A stretch of DNA of 27,408 nt from Bdellovibrionales bacterium (lineage in GTDB: Bacteria > Bdellovibrionota > Bdellovibrionia > Bdellovibrionales > Bdellovibrionaceae). Shown here piece by piece: positions 1 to 8,433 of the stretch (position 1 is the stretch's first letter; every line of letters begins with the position of its first letter). The notes under the pieces were generated by a model. It was not told the DNA's origin. It was given only the letters and a program-made list of their open reading frames with translations, and made no database searches. The stretch covers positions 1 to 27,408 of the forward strand of contig JANMPT010000065.1 in the NCBI GenBank assembly GCA_031370005.1, given 5' to 3'. The translations under genes and the position numbers were made by a program.

Positions 1-382
1 CGCGATAGGCTTTAGTGATTTTTCGCGCAATAAGACAAGTCACAGCTCGCAAGAAATTCTGAAAGCCTTGGCGGTACTTAAACCTGCACTTGATATGAAG
101 GTGGTTTCCAACATTAACTATCTCAGCAATAAAGACCCCAAACTTCGCAGCTTTTTCTCTTAGGATTTGATCTAGGTAAATTGAATTTGCAGGAGTTAAA
201 AAACTCCAAGCCCCTTTTGCGTGCTCTGATTTGAGCACCAGGTGGATCCACTTTCCTGCGGATAGGGGCCGCTGTTCTTTGCGATGTCCACGGGATGTGG
301 GGCCGCCATGGCAGGTCCTGCCGTATTTGGCTTTGGTTTCTTTCATCTTGTGGTAGTCAAAAAAGCTGGCTTGTTTGCTCAT
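1..382 (-). CDS. HUH/Y1 tyrosine transposase (IS200/RAYT-like), 5' part, running off the left edge
   Basis: Not in the ORF track. Manual translation from ATG 382: MSKQASFFDYHKMKETKAKYGRTCHGGPTSRGHRKEQRPLSAGKWIHLVLKSEHAKGAWSFL...KAAKFGVFIAEIVNVGNHLHIKCRF...FQNFLRAVTCLIARKITKAYR. NHLH fits the HUH metal-binding motif and the upstream HLVLKS strand is typical of Y1_Tnp proteins. Confidence 0.85.
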   Translation of the reverse strand, partial: MSKQASFFDYHKMKETKAKYGRTCHGGPTSRGHRKEQRPLSAGKWIHLVLKSEHAKGAWSFLTPANSIYLDQILREKAAKFGVFIAEIVNVGNHLHIKCRFKYRQGFQNFLRAVTCLIARKITKAYR

Positions 383-393
383 AAATTTGGGGC

Positions 394-422
394 AGTATAG
401 TTTAGAAGCTAAAACATGGCAA
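394..422 (-). promoter_or_regulatory. sigma70-type promoter for the Y1 transposase
   Basis: Minus strand reads TTGCCA (422-417), N17, TATACT (399-394). The ATG at 382 follows 11 nt after the -10 element, implying a very short leader. Confidence 0.65.
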
Positions 423-481
423 TTAATTTCTGTTGTAAATAGTGAGTTTTGTTGAGTGTTAACATGGACTTCGAAGGCTAA

Positions 482-512
482 GCAGGAGGCTTAATCTAAA
501 TAGGCCTCCTGC
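482..512. repeat. Inverted repeat / hairpin (REP-like or terminator-like)
   Basis: GCAGGAGGC (482-490) pairs perfectly with GCCTCCTGC (504-512); the stem extends by T.G, T-A and A-T around a 7-nt loop. Confidence 0.6.
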
Positions 513-664
513 CCATTGAAGGCTTCGGTATCTTGATCAAGGGTCCTAATGCTGCGAATCACCCACAGACTAACGGAGAACCTACTGCCACTGCCGCCGC
601 CATATCCTAAAAACAGGATCAATGTCACAGAAAAACACTTGCGGCCAAAAAACCTAAAGCGCAT
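491..664 (-). pseudogene. 57-aa ORF, possibly a decayed lipoprotein gene start
   Basis: MRFRFFGRKCFSVTLILFLGYGGGSGSRF...: basic N-region, hydrophobic core, then LG-Y-GGGSGS where a lipobox Cys would sit (TAT versus TGT). Confidence 0.25.
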
Positions 665-676
665 AACTTTTATAAA

Positions 677-2011
677 ATGAGATTAGCCATGATTCACAAA
701 ATCGCCCGACTCAAACTTTTCCTGCGTGGCCACGAGCAGGAGGAAACGCGCCGCATGCTCCTGTGGGCGGGCGTGGTCGGCGTGCTTGGTGCATTGGCGA
801 CCGTGCTATTTCGCAAAGGCATTCAGCTTATTGAATTGCTGTTCACCCAGCATTCCGGCAGCCTGGTGCACATCGCCGAGGGGCTCCCTTGGTGGGAGCG
901 CCTGCTGATTCCTCTTGCGGGAGGCTTGCTCGCTGGAATGACTTTGCAATTTGGCCTGAAGTGGGCACGCAACAATCAGACCACCGACTATATGGAGGCC
1001 ATTGTCGCTGGCAACGGCGTCATCGGCGTCCGCGCCAGCCTAGTGAAAAGCCTGTCATCACTGCTCACCGTCGGCTCCGGCGGCTCCATCGGACGCGAAG
1101 GCGCGATGGTGCAACTCGCCGCCATGGTGGGATCAGCGGCAGGACATTGGGTCCGCTTGCCGCAGCCCAAGCAACACCTGCTGGTGGCGTGCGGAGCTGC
1201 AGCGGGCCTGGCGGCGGCTTATAATGCGCCCATCGCCGGCGCACTGTTCGTGGCAGAAATTGTCATGGGCACCATAGCCATGGAGAGCTTTGGCCCGCTC
1301 ATCGTCGCTTCGGTTGTCTCCAATACCACCATTCACCATTTCCTCGGTTATGCCCCGGTGTACCAGATCCCGGCGTTTCAGTTTCTATCCAACTGGGAGT
1401 TGATTTTTTATGCTGTACTTGGCTATCTGCTGGGCCATCTCGCCCATCCTTTTATCGCGCTATTGAATCATAGTGAAAACCTATTCGCACGCACCAAGCT
1501 GCCCCTGGCCCTGAAGTTGGGGCTCGGCGGCCTGGTGGTGGGCGCGATTTCCACGCTCTATCCGCAGGTATGGGGCAATGGTTACAGTGTAGTAAATAGT
1601 CTGCTACACTTAGGCATTACCTGGCAGTTGCTAGCACTTATTCTTGTCTTCAAGATTATCGCCACTGCTACAACTATTGGCTCAGGCGCGGTCGGTGGAG
1701 TCTTCACCCCCACTCTGTTTATTGGCGCGGCATTTGGCTCGCTTTTCGGCACCGCCATGGGCGCGATTTTTCCCGGCATGACTTCGCCGTCCAGCGCATA
1801 CGCAATCGTCGGCATGGGAGCTTTCCTGGCTGCTACCACGCATGCTCCGCTGATGTCGATCCTGATGATTTTCGAAATGACTCTGGAATACAAAATCACT
1901 TTGCCTCTGATGTTGGCCTGTGTGATCGCCTACACTGTTGCACGCGAATACCACAACAGCGAATCAATTTACGCTGGGGCTCTCCGACGCAAACGCGGGC
2001 TCCATATATAA
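677..2011 (+). CDS. clcB: ClC-family chloride channel/transporter, ClcB-like, no CBS domains
   Basis: ClC signatures GGSIGREGAMVQ, AAYNAPIAGALF, GNGY, GGVFTPTLF and C-terminal SIY; many TM helices; DYME in place of GSGIP as in ClcB-like proteins. The start could be an ATG a few codons downstream. Confidence 0.9.
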   Translation: MRLAMIHKIARLKLFLRGHEQEETRRMLLWAGVVGVLGALATVLFRKGIQLIELLFTQHSGSLVHIAEGLPWWERLLIPLAGGLLAGMTLQFGLKWARNNQTTDYMEAIVAGNGVIGVRASLVKSLSSLLTVGSGGSIGREGAMVQLAAMVGSAAGHWVRLPQPKQHLLVACGAAAGLAAAYNAPIAGALFVAEIVMGTIAMESFGPLIVASVVSNTTIHHFLGYAPVYQIPAFQFLSNWELIFYAVLGYLLGHLAHPFIALLNHSENLFARTKLPLALKLGLGGLVVGAISTLYPQVWGNGYSVVNSLLHLGITWQLLALILVFKIIATATTIGSGAVGGVFTPTLFIGAAFGSLFGTAMGAIFPGMTSPSSAYAIVGMGAFLAATTHAPLMSILMIFEMTLEYKITLPLMLACVIAYTVAREYHNSESIYAGALRRKRGLHI

Positions 2012-2014
2012 CTT

Positions 2015-2245
2015 TTATTCACAAAAAATACGGACGGTCTCCCCTTGCTTGTCTTGAACGTTAATATCCATCTCTGACAAGGACTGAATAAGCTCCGTAA
2101 AGTCCGCCTCCTTCATCGCCTTTAGATCTAATGGAAAGCCACTTTCTTCGAGTGCTCGATTCACTTTTACGTAGGCCTTATCAGGTAAAAAAGCCGTAAG
2201 CTTAAGGCCGGGATTAATAAATGATTTGAATAGAATTAAAAATGC
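2015..2245 (-). pseudogene. 5'-truncated remnant of a small conserved protein (C-terminus resembling SHOCT-like/DUF2089-associated proteins)
   Basis: Open frame bounded by an upstream stop at 2246-2248, with no start codon before the conserved-looking part: ...INPGLKLTAFLPDKAYVKVNRALEESGFPLDLKAMKEADFTELIQSLSEMDINVQDKQGETVRIFCE*. The ending resembles the 'DIDV..gEKVRIFCE' C-terminus of that family (recalled, not searched). Confidence 0.55.
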
Positions 2246-2248
2246 TTA

Positions 2249-2263
2249 ATTCCATTTTGAGAC
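2249..2263. promoter_or_regulatory. Degenerate copy of the 15-bp palindromic motif, upstream of putA
   Basis: ATTCCA-TTT-TGAGAC; the right half-site is identical to the copies at 8404 and 10214. Confidence 0.4.
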
Positions 2264-2466
2264 TCGATTTTACAATGTTGAGCAAACTCAGAACTTTACT
2301 GCAAATGTCTGTCTGAACTTTAGTCAGCCTCATTGCCGAAGATTACTCGGCAAAGCACTGCGACGCATTAGATCACTTCAAAAGGCCAAGTCCATTTTTG
2401 CAAAAGTCTTGAGTTTTTGCCCTCTGAGAGAGAATATGCGGACCTCCAAGTTGAGGTGAAAACAAT

Positions 2467-5415
2467 ATGTCAGACATTCAGGCACTTATTCTATCTAAAG
2501 GTGAAGAGATTCTCAAGAATATGGAGGGACAAACGAAATCCTCCATTTTCTCAAAAGACTTCTGGTACGGCTCTATCATGGAATGGAGCATGAAAAACGA
2601 AAAATTCAAAACAAATATGTTCCGCTTCGTTGATGTTTTACCATCACTGAACTCTGGTAACGAAGTGGCTCGTCACTTGAAAGAGTACTTCTCCGAAAAT
2701 GGCGAGGAGCTTCCTTCTGTTTTCAATATGGGTCTGGGCATAGGCTCTCTTGCTCCAGGTTTAATGGCTGGAGCCATTCGTAAAAATATCACTGCCATGG
2801 CAAAAATGTTCATCACAGGGGAAACTCCGGATGAGGCTCTTTCAGTTTTAAAAAAAGCACGAAAAAACAAAATGACTTTCACCGTGGATATTCTAGGCGA
2901 AGCAACACTCTCTGAAAAGGAAGCTCAAAGTTATCAAAACAAATATATGGAGCTAATTGACTGGCTCGTTAAAGATTCTCAGAAGTGGGAAGAAGTGCCG
3001 CAAATTGATCTCGATCACGAAGGCGCTTTGCCGAAAGTAAACGTGTCAGTGAAAATGACCGCCCTCTATTCTCAAATCAACGATAAGTCTTGGAATGAAA
3101 CCAAATCTATTTTAAAAGAACGCCTTCGTTTTATTTTCCGTGCTGGAATGGAGAAAAATATTTTTATCAACCTTGATATGGAACAATACTCCGTTAAACA
3201 CATGACAGTTGAAGTTTTTACTGAGCTCATTAATGAAGCCGAATTTAAAAACTATAAATTCTTTGGTATTGTAATTCAAGCCTACCTTCGTGACAGTTTT
3301 GAGGACGTAAAGTTACTAACGGAGTTTGCGCAAAAACGCGGGACTTCATTCTGGGTTCGCCTTGTGAAAGGAGCCTATTGGGATTACGAAACCATCGAAG
3401 CAGCACAGCATGGCTGGCCAATTCCTGTTTACACCAGCAAAGCAGAGAGCGATGCCAATTATGAGTTTTGTGCAAAATACTTGCTCGAAAATATCAAATT
3501 CATTCGTCCCGCATTTGCTTCACATAACGTAAGAACACTTGCTGCTTGTATTGTCCACGCAGAAACTTTAGGAGTCCCAAAAGCTGCCCTCGAGTTCCAA
3601 ATGCTTTATGGTATGGCCGAACCAGTCAAGAAAGCCCTTGTGGATATGGGTTACCGTATGCGTGAGTACGCGCCTGTGGGCGAGTTGATTCCGGGAATGG
3701 CCTACTTGGTCCGTCGTCTTTTGGAGAATACCTCCAATGAGTCTTGGCTTCGCGGAAAATTTGCTGAAGGAAAAACTACGGCGGAACTTTTAAAAGATCC
3801 AGCTCAAGGTTTAACTCCAACTTCCAGTGAAATTCCAAAAAAATTAGACAAATTTTACAACGAACCTCTCTTGGATTTTGCGATTAAAATTAATCGCGAA
3901 AAAACGAATAAAGCCCTTCAGGAATTAAAAACAACACTTCCTATCCAGGTCCCGCTTGTCATTAACAACAAAGAGATCACTTCTCAAAAAACCTTAGCAC
4001 GGGAAAATCCATCTCACACCAACCAGCTTGTTGGAACAATTCATCTTGCGACGACTCAAGATGCTGAAAATGCCATTCAAGCCGCACATGTCGCCTTCAA
4101 AACATGGAAGAATACTCCAACGGAAAATCGCTCGGCACTTGTCGATAAAATGGCTGATATTATGGCTCGAGACAGATTTAAACTCATTGCAACTCAAGTT
4201 TATGAAGTCGGTAAACCTTGGGCAGAAGCTGACGGTGACATTGGTGAGGCCATCGATTTCTGCCGTTACTATGCAAAGCACATGCGTGAAATTAGTAAAC
4301 CACTTAAAGTAGGCGGGGTTCCAGGGGAAAACTCTCAGTATACTTATAGGGCACGTGGAGTCACTGCGGTGATTGCCCCATGGAATTTTCCACTAGCTAT
4401 ATTGTGTGGAATGGTGGCTGCTGCGGCAGTAAGCGGGAACACTGTGGTAATGAAGCCGGCGGAACAATCTTCAATCGTGGCTTTTGGACTTATGAAAATA
4501 ATCCAAGAGGCCGGCTTTCCACCTGGTGTGATCAACTTCCTGCCAGGTCTCGGTGAGGAGGTCGGCGAGTACATCGTCAATCACCCTCTGACCACGACCA
4601 TTGCGTTCACAGGTTCAAAAACCGTAGGACTACATATCTTAAAACAAGCCGCCCTCGTTCACCCAGGGCAAACCCACGTCAAGCGTTGCATTATCGAAAT
4701 GGGCGGGAAAAATGCTGTGATCATTGATAACGATGCAGATCTTGATGAAGCCGTGGGCGGAGTTCTCTATTCAGCATTTGGATTTGGGGGACAGAAGTGC
4801 TCAGCAGCAAGCCGCGTGATTGTGTTAGATGAAATTTATGAACGCTTCGTTGATCGTCTCGTCGCTTCAGCTGAAAGCATTCATATTTTACCAGCTGAGA
4901 ATCCGATGGCGTATATGGGGCCAGTTGTCGACAAAGACGCCTATGAAAGAATTTTGGCAACAATTGCAGATGCTCAGAAGAACTATAAAATTATTTTCAA
5001 AGCAGATGTACCAGTAGGCGGTTATTACGTACCAGCAACAATCTTTGGCGATGTCCCTGGAGATTCAAAGTTGGCTCAACAAGAAATCTTCGGCCCAGTA
5101 GTCGCAGTAATACGCGCAAAGGATTTAACACATGCTTTGCAAATTGCCAATAGTACTGAGTACGCACTCACTGGCGGAGTTTTTTCCCGCAGCCCCGCAA
5201 ACATCAATAGAGTTCGTGAAGAGTTTGAAGTTGGCAACTTATACATTAACCGTGGCATCACTGGCGCGATGGTCGATCGTCATCCATTTGGCGGCTTCAG
5301 GATGTCGGGAGTTGGTTCAAAAACTGGCGGACCTGATTACTTAAAGCAATATATGGAGCCCGCTTGCATTACGGAGAATACTCTCCGTCGCGGTTTTGCG
5401 CCTTTGGAAGACTAG
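2467..5415 (+). CDS. putA: Bifunctional proline dehydrogenase / L-glutamate-gamma-semialdehyde (P5C) dehydrogenase, class A PutA
   Basis: 982 aa. PRODH motifs FRFVDVLP, RLVKGAYWDYE, YLVRRLLENTSN; ALDH motifs PWNFPLA, FTGS, EMGGKNA, GQKCSA, EIFGPV. No N-terminal RHH domain. RBS GAGGT at 2453-2457. Confidence 0.97.
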   Translation: MSDIQALILSKGEEILKNMEGQTKSSIFSKDFWYGSIMEWSMKNEKFKTNMFRFVDVLPSLNSGNEVARHLKEYFSENGEELPSVFNMGLGIGSLAPGLMAGAIRKNITAMAKMFITGETPDEALSVLKKARKNKMTFTVDILGEATLSEKEAQSYQNKYMELIDWLVKDSQKWEEVPQIDLDHEGALPKVNVSVKMTALYSQINDKSWNETKSILKERLRFIFRAGMEKNIFINLDMEQYSVKHMTVEVFTELINEAEFKNYKFFGIVIQAYLRDSFEDVKLLTEFAQKRGTSFWVRLVKGAYWDYETIEAAQHGWPIPVYTSKAESDANYEFCAKYLLENIKFIRPAFASHNVRTLAACIVHAETLGVPKAALEFQMLYGMAEPVKKALVDMGYRMREYAPVGELIPGMAYLVRRLLENTSNESWLRGKFAEGKTTAELLKDPAQGLTPTSSEIPKKLDKFYNEPLLDFAIKINREKTNKALQELKTTLPIQVPLVINNKEITSQKTLARENPSHTNQLVGTIHLATTQDAENAIQAAHVAFKTWKNTPTENRSALVDKMADIMARDRFKLIATQVYEVGKPWAEADGDIGEAIDFCRYYAKHMREISKPLKVGGVPGENSQYTYRARGVTAVIAPWNFPLAILCGMVAAAAVSGNTVVMKPAEQSSIVAFGLMKIIQEAGFPPGVINFLPGLGEEVGEYIVNHPLTTTIAFTGSKTVGLHILKQAALVHPGQTHVKRCIIEMGGKNAVIIDNDADLDEAVGGVLYSAFGFGGQKCSAASRVIVLDEIYERFVDRLVASAESIHILPAENPMAYMGPVVDKDAYERILATIADAQKNYKIIFKADVPVGGYYVPATIFGDVPGDSKLAQQEIFGPVVAVIRAKDLTHALQIANSTEYALTGGVFSRSPANINRVREEFEVGNLYINRGITGAMVDRHPFGGFRMSGVGSKTGGPDYLKQYMEPACITENTLRRGFAPLED

Positions 5416-6361
5416 GCCGCTCAAAACTTATGGGGCGCTTCATCTGAAAGCCCCATCGAGCGCAGGCACCTATTGCCACTCCAAACAAAGTGCCTCCAAC
5501 ATGAGCTGAGTAAGCAACTCCGCTGCCGAGCCCCTCGGGATTAGCAATTAAACTTGTGAAGTCCACCAATAAAAACAAAGGCAAAATTAATAGCGTTGGT
5601 AAATAGATAAAGCCATTGTGTCCTGGAAATGGCGAAATAAAATATACATAGCGTACTCGCAAACGGGTTTCTGCTACTAAATAGAAAGCTAAAAGCGCAC
5701 TAATAGAGGCGCTTGCCCCTACCATCGGAATAACGCCGTGTCCATTGTAATACAAAAAGGCAGCGCCACCCGCAACACCACCGAGTAGGTAAATTATCAG
5801 CAACAAGAGGCTCCCTGCCAATGCCTCGACCGCAGTCCCAAGAACCAAAAGAAATAGCATATTGCTAAAAAGATGAGTCAAACTCGCGTGGGAAAACTGA
5901 TATGTCAGCCACGTCATAGAGAAACCCTCAGACTTATTCAAGCCAAAGTTATAAATAATATCCTCGTCATAATATTTTTTAAAAGCTTCAAGCTCCCTGC
6001 GCCATTTCGCAATAGCCACTTCATCACCATGAAAATTTATTGTTTCAACGCGCTTGAGAAAGTCAGCATCACGAAGAGCATACGATCCTAGGATTTCCAT
6101 ATGCTCGTCACTTTGCGGACTGAGTTTATCTACCCAAGAAGCTCGGTCTTTTTGCTCGCTTGCACTTAAGGACTGAATAAATTGATAATAAAGTTTTCCC
6201 GTTACAACGGAGGATTGTGTCTGCAATATTTTTTGTTCAGAAAAACTGTCTGTTTGCCCTGCAAAGAACAGAAAGTATATCAGTATATTTAAAGTCAGCA
6301 ATGTCCACGTCAGCGGATAACGATTATATTTTAAAAGAGGTTCCGGCTGAGGTAGTATCAT
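5369..6361 (-). CDS. Rhomboid-family intramembrane serine protease with a roughly 100-aa soluble insertion after TM1
   Basis: FSHASLTHLFSNM, catalytic GAS (VGASASIS) and His (SAHVGG). The start overlaps the RDD gene stop (ATGA); the 3' end overlaps putA by 47 bp. Confidence 0.92.
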   Translation of the reverse strand: MILPQPEPLLKYNRYPLTWTLLTLNILIYFLFFAGQTDSFSEQKILQTQSSVVTGKLYYQFIQSLSASEQKDRASWVDKLSPQSDEHMEILGSYALRDADFLKRVETINFHGDEVAIAKWRRELEAFKKYYDEDIIYNFGLNKSEGFSMTWLTYQFSHASLTHLFSNMLFLLVLGTAVEALAGSLLLLIIYLLGGVAGGAAFLYYNGHGVIPMVGASASISALLAFYLVAETRLRVRYVYFISPFPGHNGFIYLPTLLILPLFLLVDFTSLIANPEGLGSGVAYSAHVGGTLFGVAIGACARWGFQMKRPISFERPSLPKAQNRDGEYSP

Positions 6362-7602
6362 TCAATATTATACCTTTTTTTAAATGCGCTCAGAATCCCT
6401 TTTTCATCCACACTCGCCGGGCTACGAAATTTTCCCTTGTTCACTGCCTTTTCATTTAAAGCCCAAACGGCTCTAACAAGATTTTTATTCAAATAAGTAC
6501 GTAAAGGAGTTTCTACTTCAAGGTCTTTGATTAAACCAACTGCTGAAGTATAGTCTTTGCGATCAATTGAATTTTTTAAAAGTAAAATTCTCGAACTGAC
6601 CAGTCCCAATCCAGCCCGTCGAAGCAAGTTGCCACGATCTTTTTCTTTAGAGAGTAAATAATTAGAAATTGCACAGGCTTCAGATTTTGCGCTCTCCTGA
6701 CAAACCTTGGATTGATATGCTGAGGCTTCTTTTTCATTTTCACTAATTACGGCCATGGCCAATTGACCCAGGGATTTTTCTTCACCATCTAAGGTCCAAA
6801 CTGCCTTTTGCGCCTCTTTAAGCACGCAGGCCTCATCGACTTCATTGGCAAAATAAAGTGCCAAAGCCAAATCCAAACGCTTTTGATCTTTATACTGATC
6901 CACTGGAATATTCTGACAAGAAACCTGAGAAACTGCTTTTCCTCCAGATAAGCCATCATTGAGTGCCGTACGATAGGTCTTTGCCATTAGAGCCATACCC
7001 ATCACAAACATAAATCCATAAAAAATCCACATGGTCGAACTGATGTATCGTGATTCAATTGCTAAAGGAAAGTCGGCGGCCCCTTGTTTATGTGAAATCA
7101 CGATGGTATCTGAAGCTCTCTCATGAAAGGCACGTCGAAGTGGATGACCTAGGATCTCAAGAAAAGGCATGCCCAACATTAAAACACCGATCCACCATCC
7201 AAAGGGGCGCACGAAAGACTGTGCAAAACTCAGTTTTTTATCGGTAGGCAGAGTTTGCGGATAAGTAAGCACCTTGAGTTGCATAAATTTCTGACCCGGA
7301 GTGGCCTGCCAGAAATACAAAAAGACCGCCTGCAAAAAACAGGAGACAATCACCATTGCAATGAGAAATAAAGTCCAAATTACCACGGCTTCATCAGATT
7401 CTGAATTTAACAACAGAACTGTTTTTAAATTCCTAAGTACGCTGGCAATGATAAAGCTCACTATAGGTGATAGAATTAAAAAATCTAGAATGAGGGCAAT
7501 AAACCGATCTGTCACAGGAGCCAAAGGCAGGTCCGTAGGCACTGAAAACTGCTGGGGTGTTGCTGGACTTGTTTCTGAAAATGATAAATCCCTTATAACC
7601 AT
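6358..7602 (-). CDS. RDD-family membrane protein with an extended helical C-terminal domain
   Basis: LAPVTDRFIALILDF...QATPGQKFMQLKV...RRAFHERASDTIV follows the RDD pattern; a further TM and a Cys-containing helical domain follow. Confidence 0.85.
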   Translation of the reverse strand: MVIRDLSFSETSPATPQQFSVPTDLPLAPVTDRFIALILDFLILSPIVSFIIASVLRNLKTVLLLNSESDEAVVIWTLFLIAMVIVSCFLQAVFLYFWQATPGQKFMQLKVLTYPQTLPTDKKLSFAQSFVRPFGWWIGVLMLGMPFLEILGHPLRRAFHERASDTIVISHKQGAADFPLAIESRYISSTMWIFYGFMFVMGMALMAKTYRTALNDGLSGGKAVSQVSCQNIPVDQYKDQKRLDLALALYFANEVDEACVLKEAQKAVWTLDGEEKSLGQLAMAVISENEKEASAYQSKVCQESAKSEACAISNYLLSKEKDRGNLLRRAGLGLVSSRILLLKNSIDRKDYTSAVGLIKDLEVETPLRTYLNKNLVRAVWALNEKAVNKGKFRSPASVDEKGILSAFKKRYNIE

Positions 7603-7609
7603 AAGGGAT

Positions 7610-7636
7610 TTATCGGCTTAAAGCCTCTTAAACTGC
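7610..7636 (-). promoter_or_regulatory. Candidate sigma28 (FliA) promoter for the RDD-rhomboid operon, probably leaderless
   Basis: Perfect -10 GCCGATAA (7617-7610) 7 nt before ATG 7602. The -35 at N15 spacing is poor (GCAG). No SD sequence. Confidence 0.5.
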
Positions 7637-7651
7637 GGTCTAGAATAGCCA

Positions 7652-8236
7652 CTACTGAATAAATTTTAAAGAGAGAACACGCCCCTGCTCATCGAGTTCG
7701 AAGCGCGCTTGCCCTAGATCCTTATTAGATGCGCTTAAGAGCTTATAAATTTCTTGAGAATTTTCGCGCTTCTCGAGCTGGACCTTAGCATAACCTAGGC
7801 TAAAAACACTTCTAAAAATCTTTAAAAACTCCGCCCGCTCTTTAATCTCCAATGGCTGATCTCCTGCCTGAGTATCAGAAAAGTCGAAGCTTTCAATTTT
7901 TGCATTCACCATATTTGTTTTATATTTTCCCTCAAGAAGTCCAAATACCAATTCGTCTTTGAGTGTGGGTTTTACTGCCAAAAGGCTTTTTGCAGTCTGT
8001 TTTTCTTGGGCCAATTTCTGTGCAAGCTCATGCTCCCATTTAACGCCATCAACAGAGTCATGATCCTCAAAGCTAGCAATACCGCGACTGCTTTCAGTAA
8101 TAGAGCCAACAGAATATTGAGACTTAACAATCCATTCGTTAAGAAAAATTGCCGCCATTAAAACAGAAACGATGGATAGTCCCAGAACTTTATTATCAAT
8201 GGCATTTTTGGTGGCATTTTTCGTACTTTTGAACAT
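7652..8236 (-). CDS. Hypothetical protein with a single N-terminal membrane anchor
   Basis: Preferred start ATG 8236 (AAGGGAG RBS) rather than 8272. TM segment VLGLSIVSVLMAAIFL followed by an RGIAS motif. Confidence 0.8.
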   Translation of the reverse strand: MFKSTKNATKNAIDNKVLGLSIVSVLMAAIFLNEWIVKSQYSVGSITESSRGIASFEDHDSVDGVKWEHELAQKLAQEKQTAKSLLAVKPTLKDELVFGLLEGKYKTNMVNAKIESFDFSDTQAGDQPLEIKERAEFLKIFRSVFSLGYAKVQLEKRENSQEIYKLLSASNKDLGQARFELDEQGRVLSLKFIQ

Positions 8237-8293
8237 TTTTGGCTCCCTTGTATCCGACACATGGATTTTCAATTACGGTTAGTTCACTGGCTA

Positions 8294-8308
8294 GTTCTAT
8301 ATTGAGAT
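8294..8308. promoter_or_regulatory. 15-bp palindromic motif over the predicted sigma54 transcription start
   Basis: GTTCTA-TAT-TGAGAT, nearly identical to 8404-8418. Confidence 0.5.
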
Positions 8309-8310
8309 AC

Positions 8311-8327
8311 AGCGAAACTCGTGCCGA
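8311..8327 (-). promoter_or_regulatory. sigma54 (RpoN) -24/-12 promoter for the 7652..8236 gene
   Basis: Minus strand TCGGCACGAGTTTCGCT has GG-N10-GC spacing and closely matches YTGGCACGRNNNTTGCW. Confidence 0.65.
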
Positions 8328-8403
8328 TATTTTAAATCCTCAGGCTCTTTTAAAGTACATCTTATCGTATACTCACTCAACATCCGACTGTAAGTTGTTA
8401 GAC

Positions 8404-8418
8404 GTTCTATTTTGAGAC
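8404..8418. promoter_or_regulatory. 15-bp palindromic motif at enhancer-like distance from the sigma54 promoter
   Basis: GTTCTA-TTT-TGAGAC, about 105-120 bp upstream of the predicted +1 (about 8300). Confidence 0.5.
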
Positions 8419-8433
8419 TCTTTTGAAACACTT

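Noticed and set aside
2..163. Open + strand frame (AIGFSDFSRNK...RSFFS*)
   Set aside because: It is antisense to the minus-strand frame carrying clear HUH transposase motifs, so it is a shadow frame.
221..251. Short palindromes GTGCTC-N6-GAGCAC and GTGGATCCAC
   Set aside because: They lie in a conserved coding segment, are short and are not repeated elsewhere.
677..2011. Fluoride exporter (CLC-F) or fluoride riboswitch
   Set aside because: CLC-F signatures (GNNLI/GMGLI, GREGT, GEVTP) are absent, and I recognised no riboswitch upstream.
2333..2353. Inverted repeat TTGCCGA-N7-TCGGCAA upstream of putA
   Set aside because: It is a real 7-bp repeat, but single-copy with no U-tract; the sigma28 reading has the wrong -35 spacing and I cannot assign a function.
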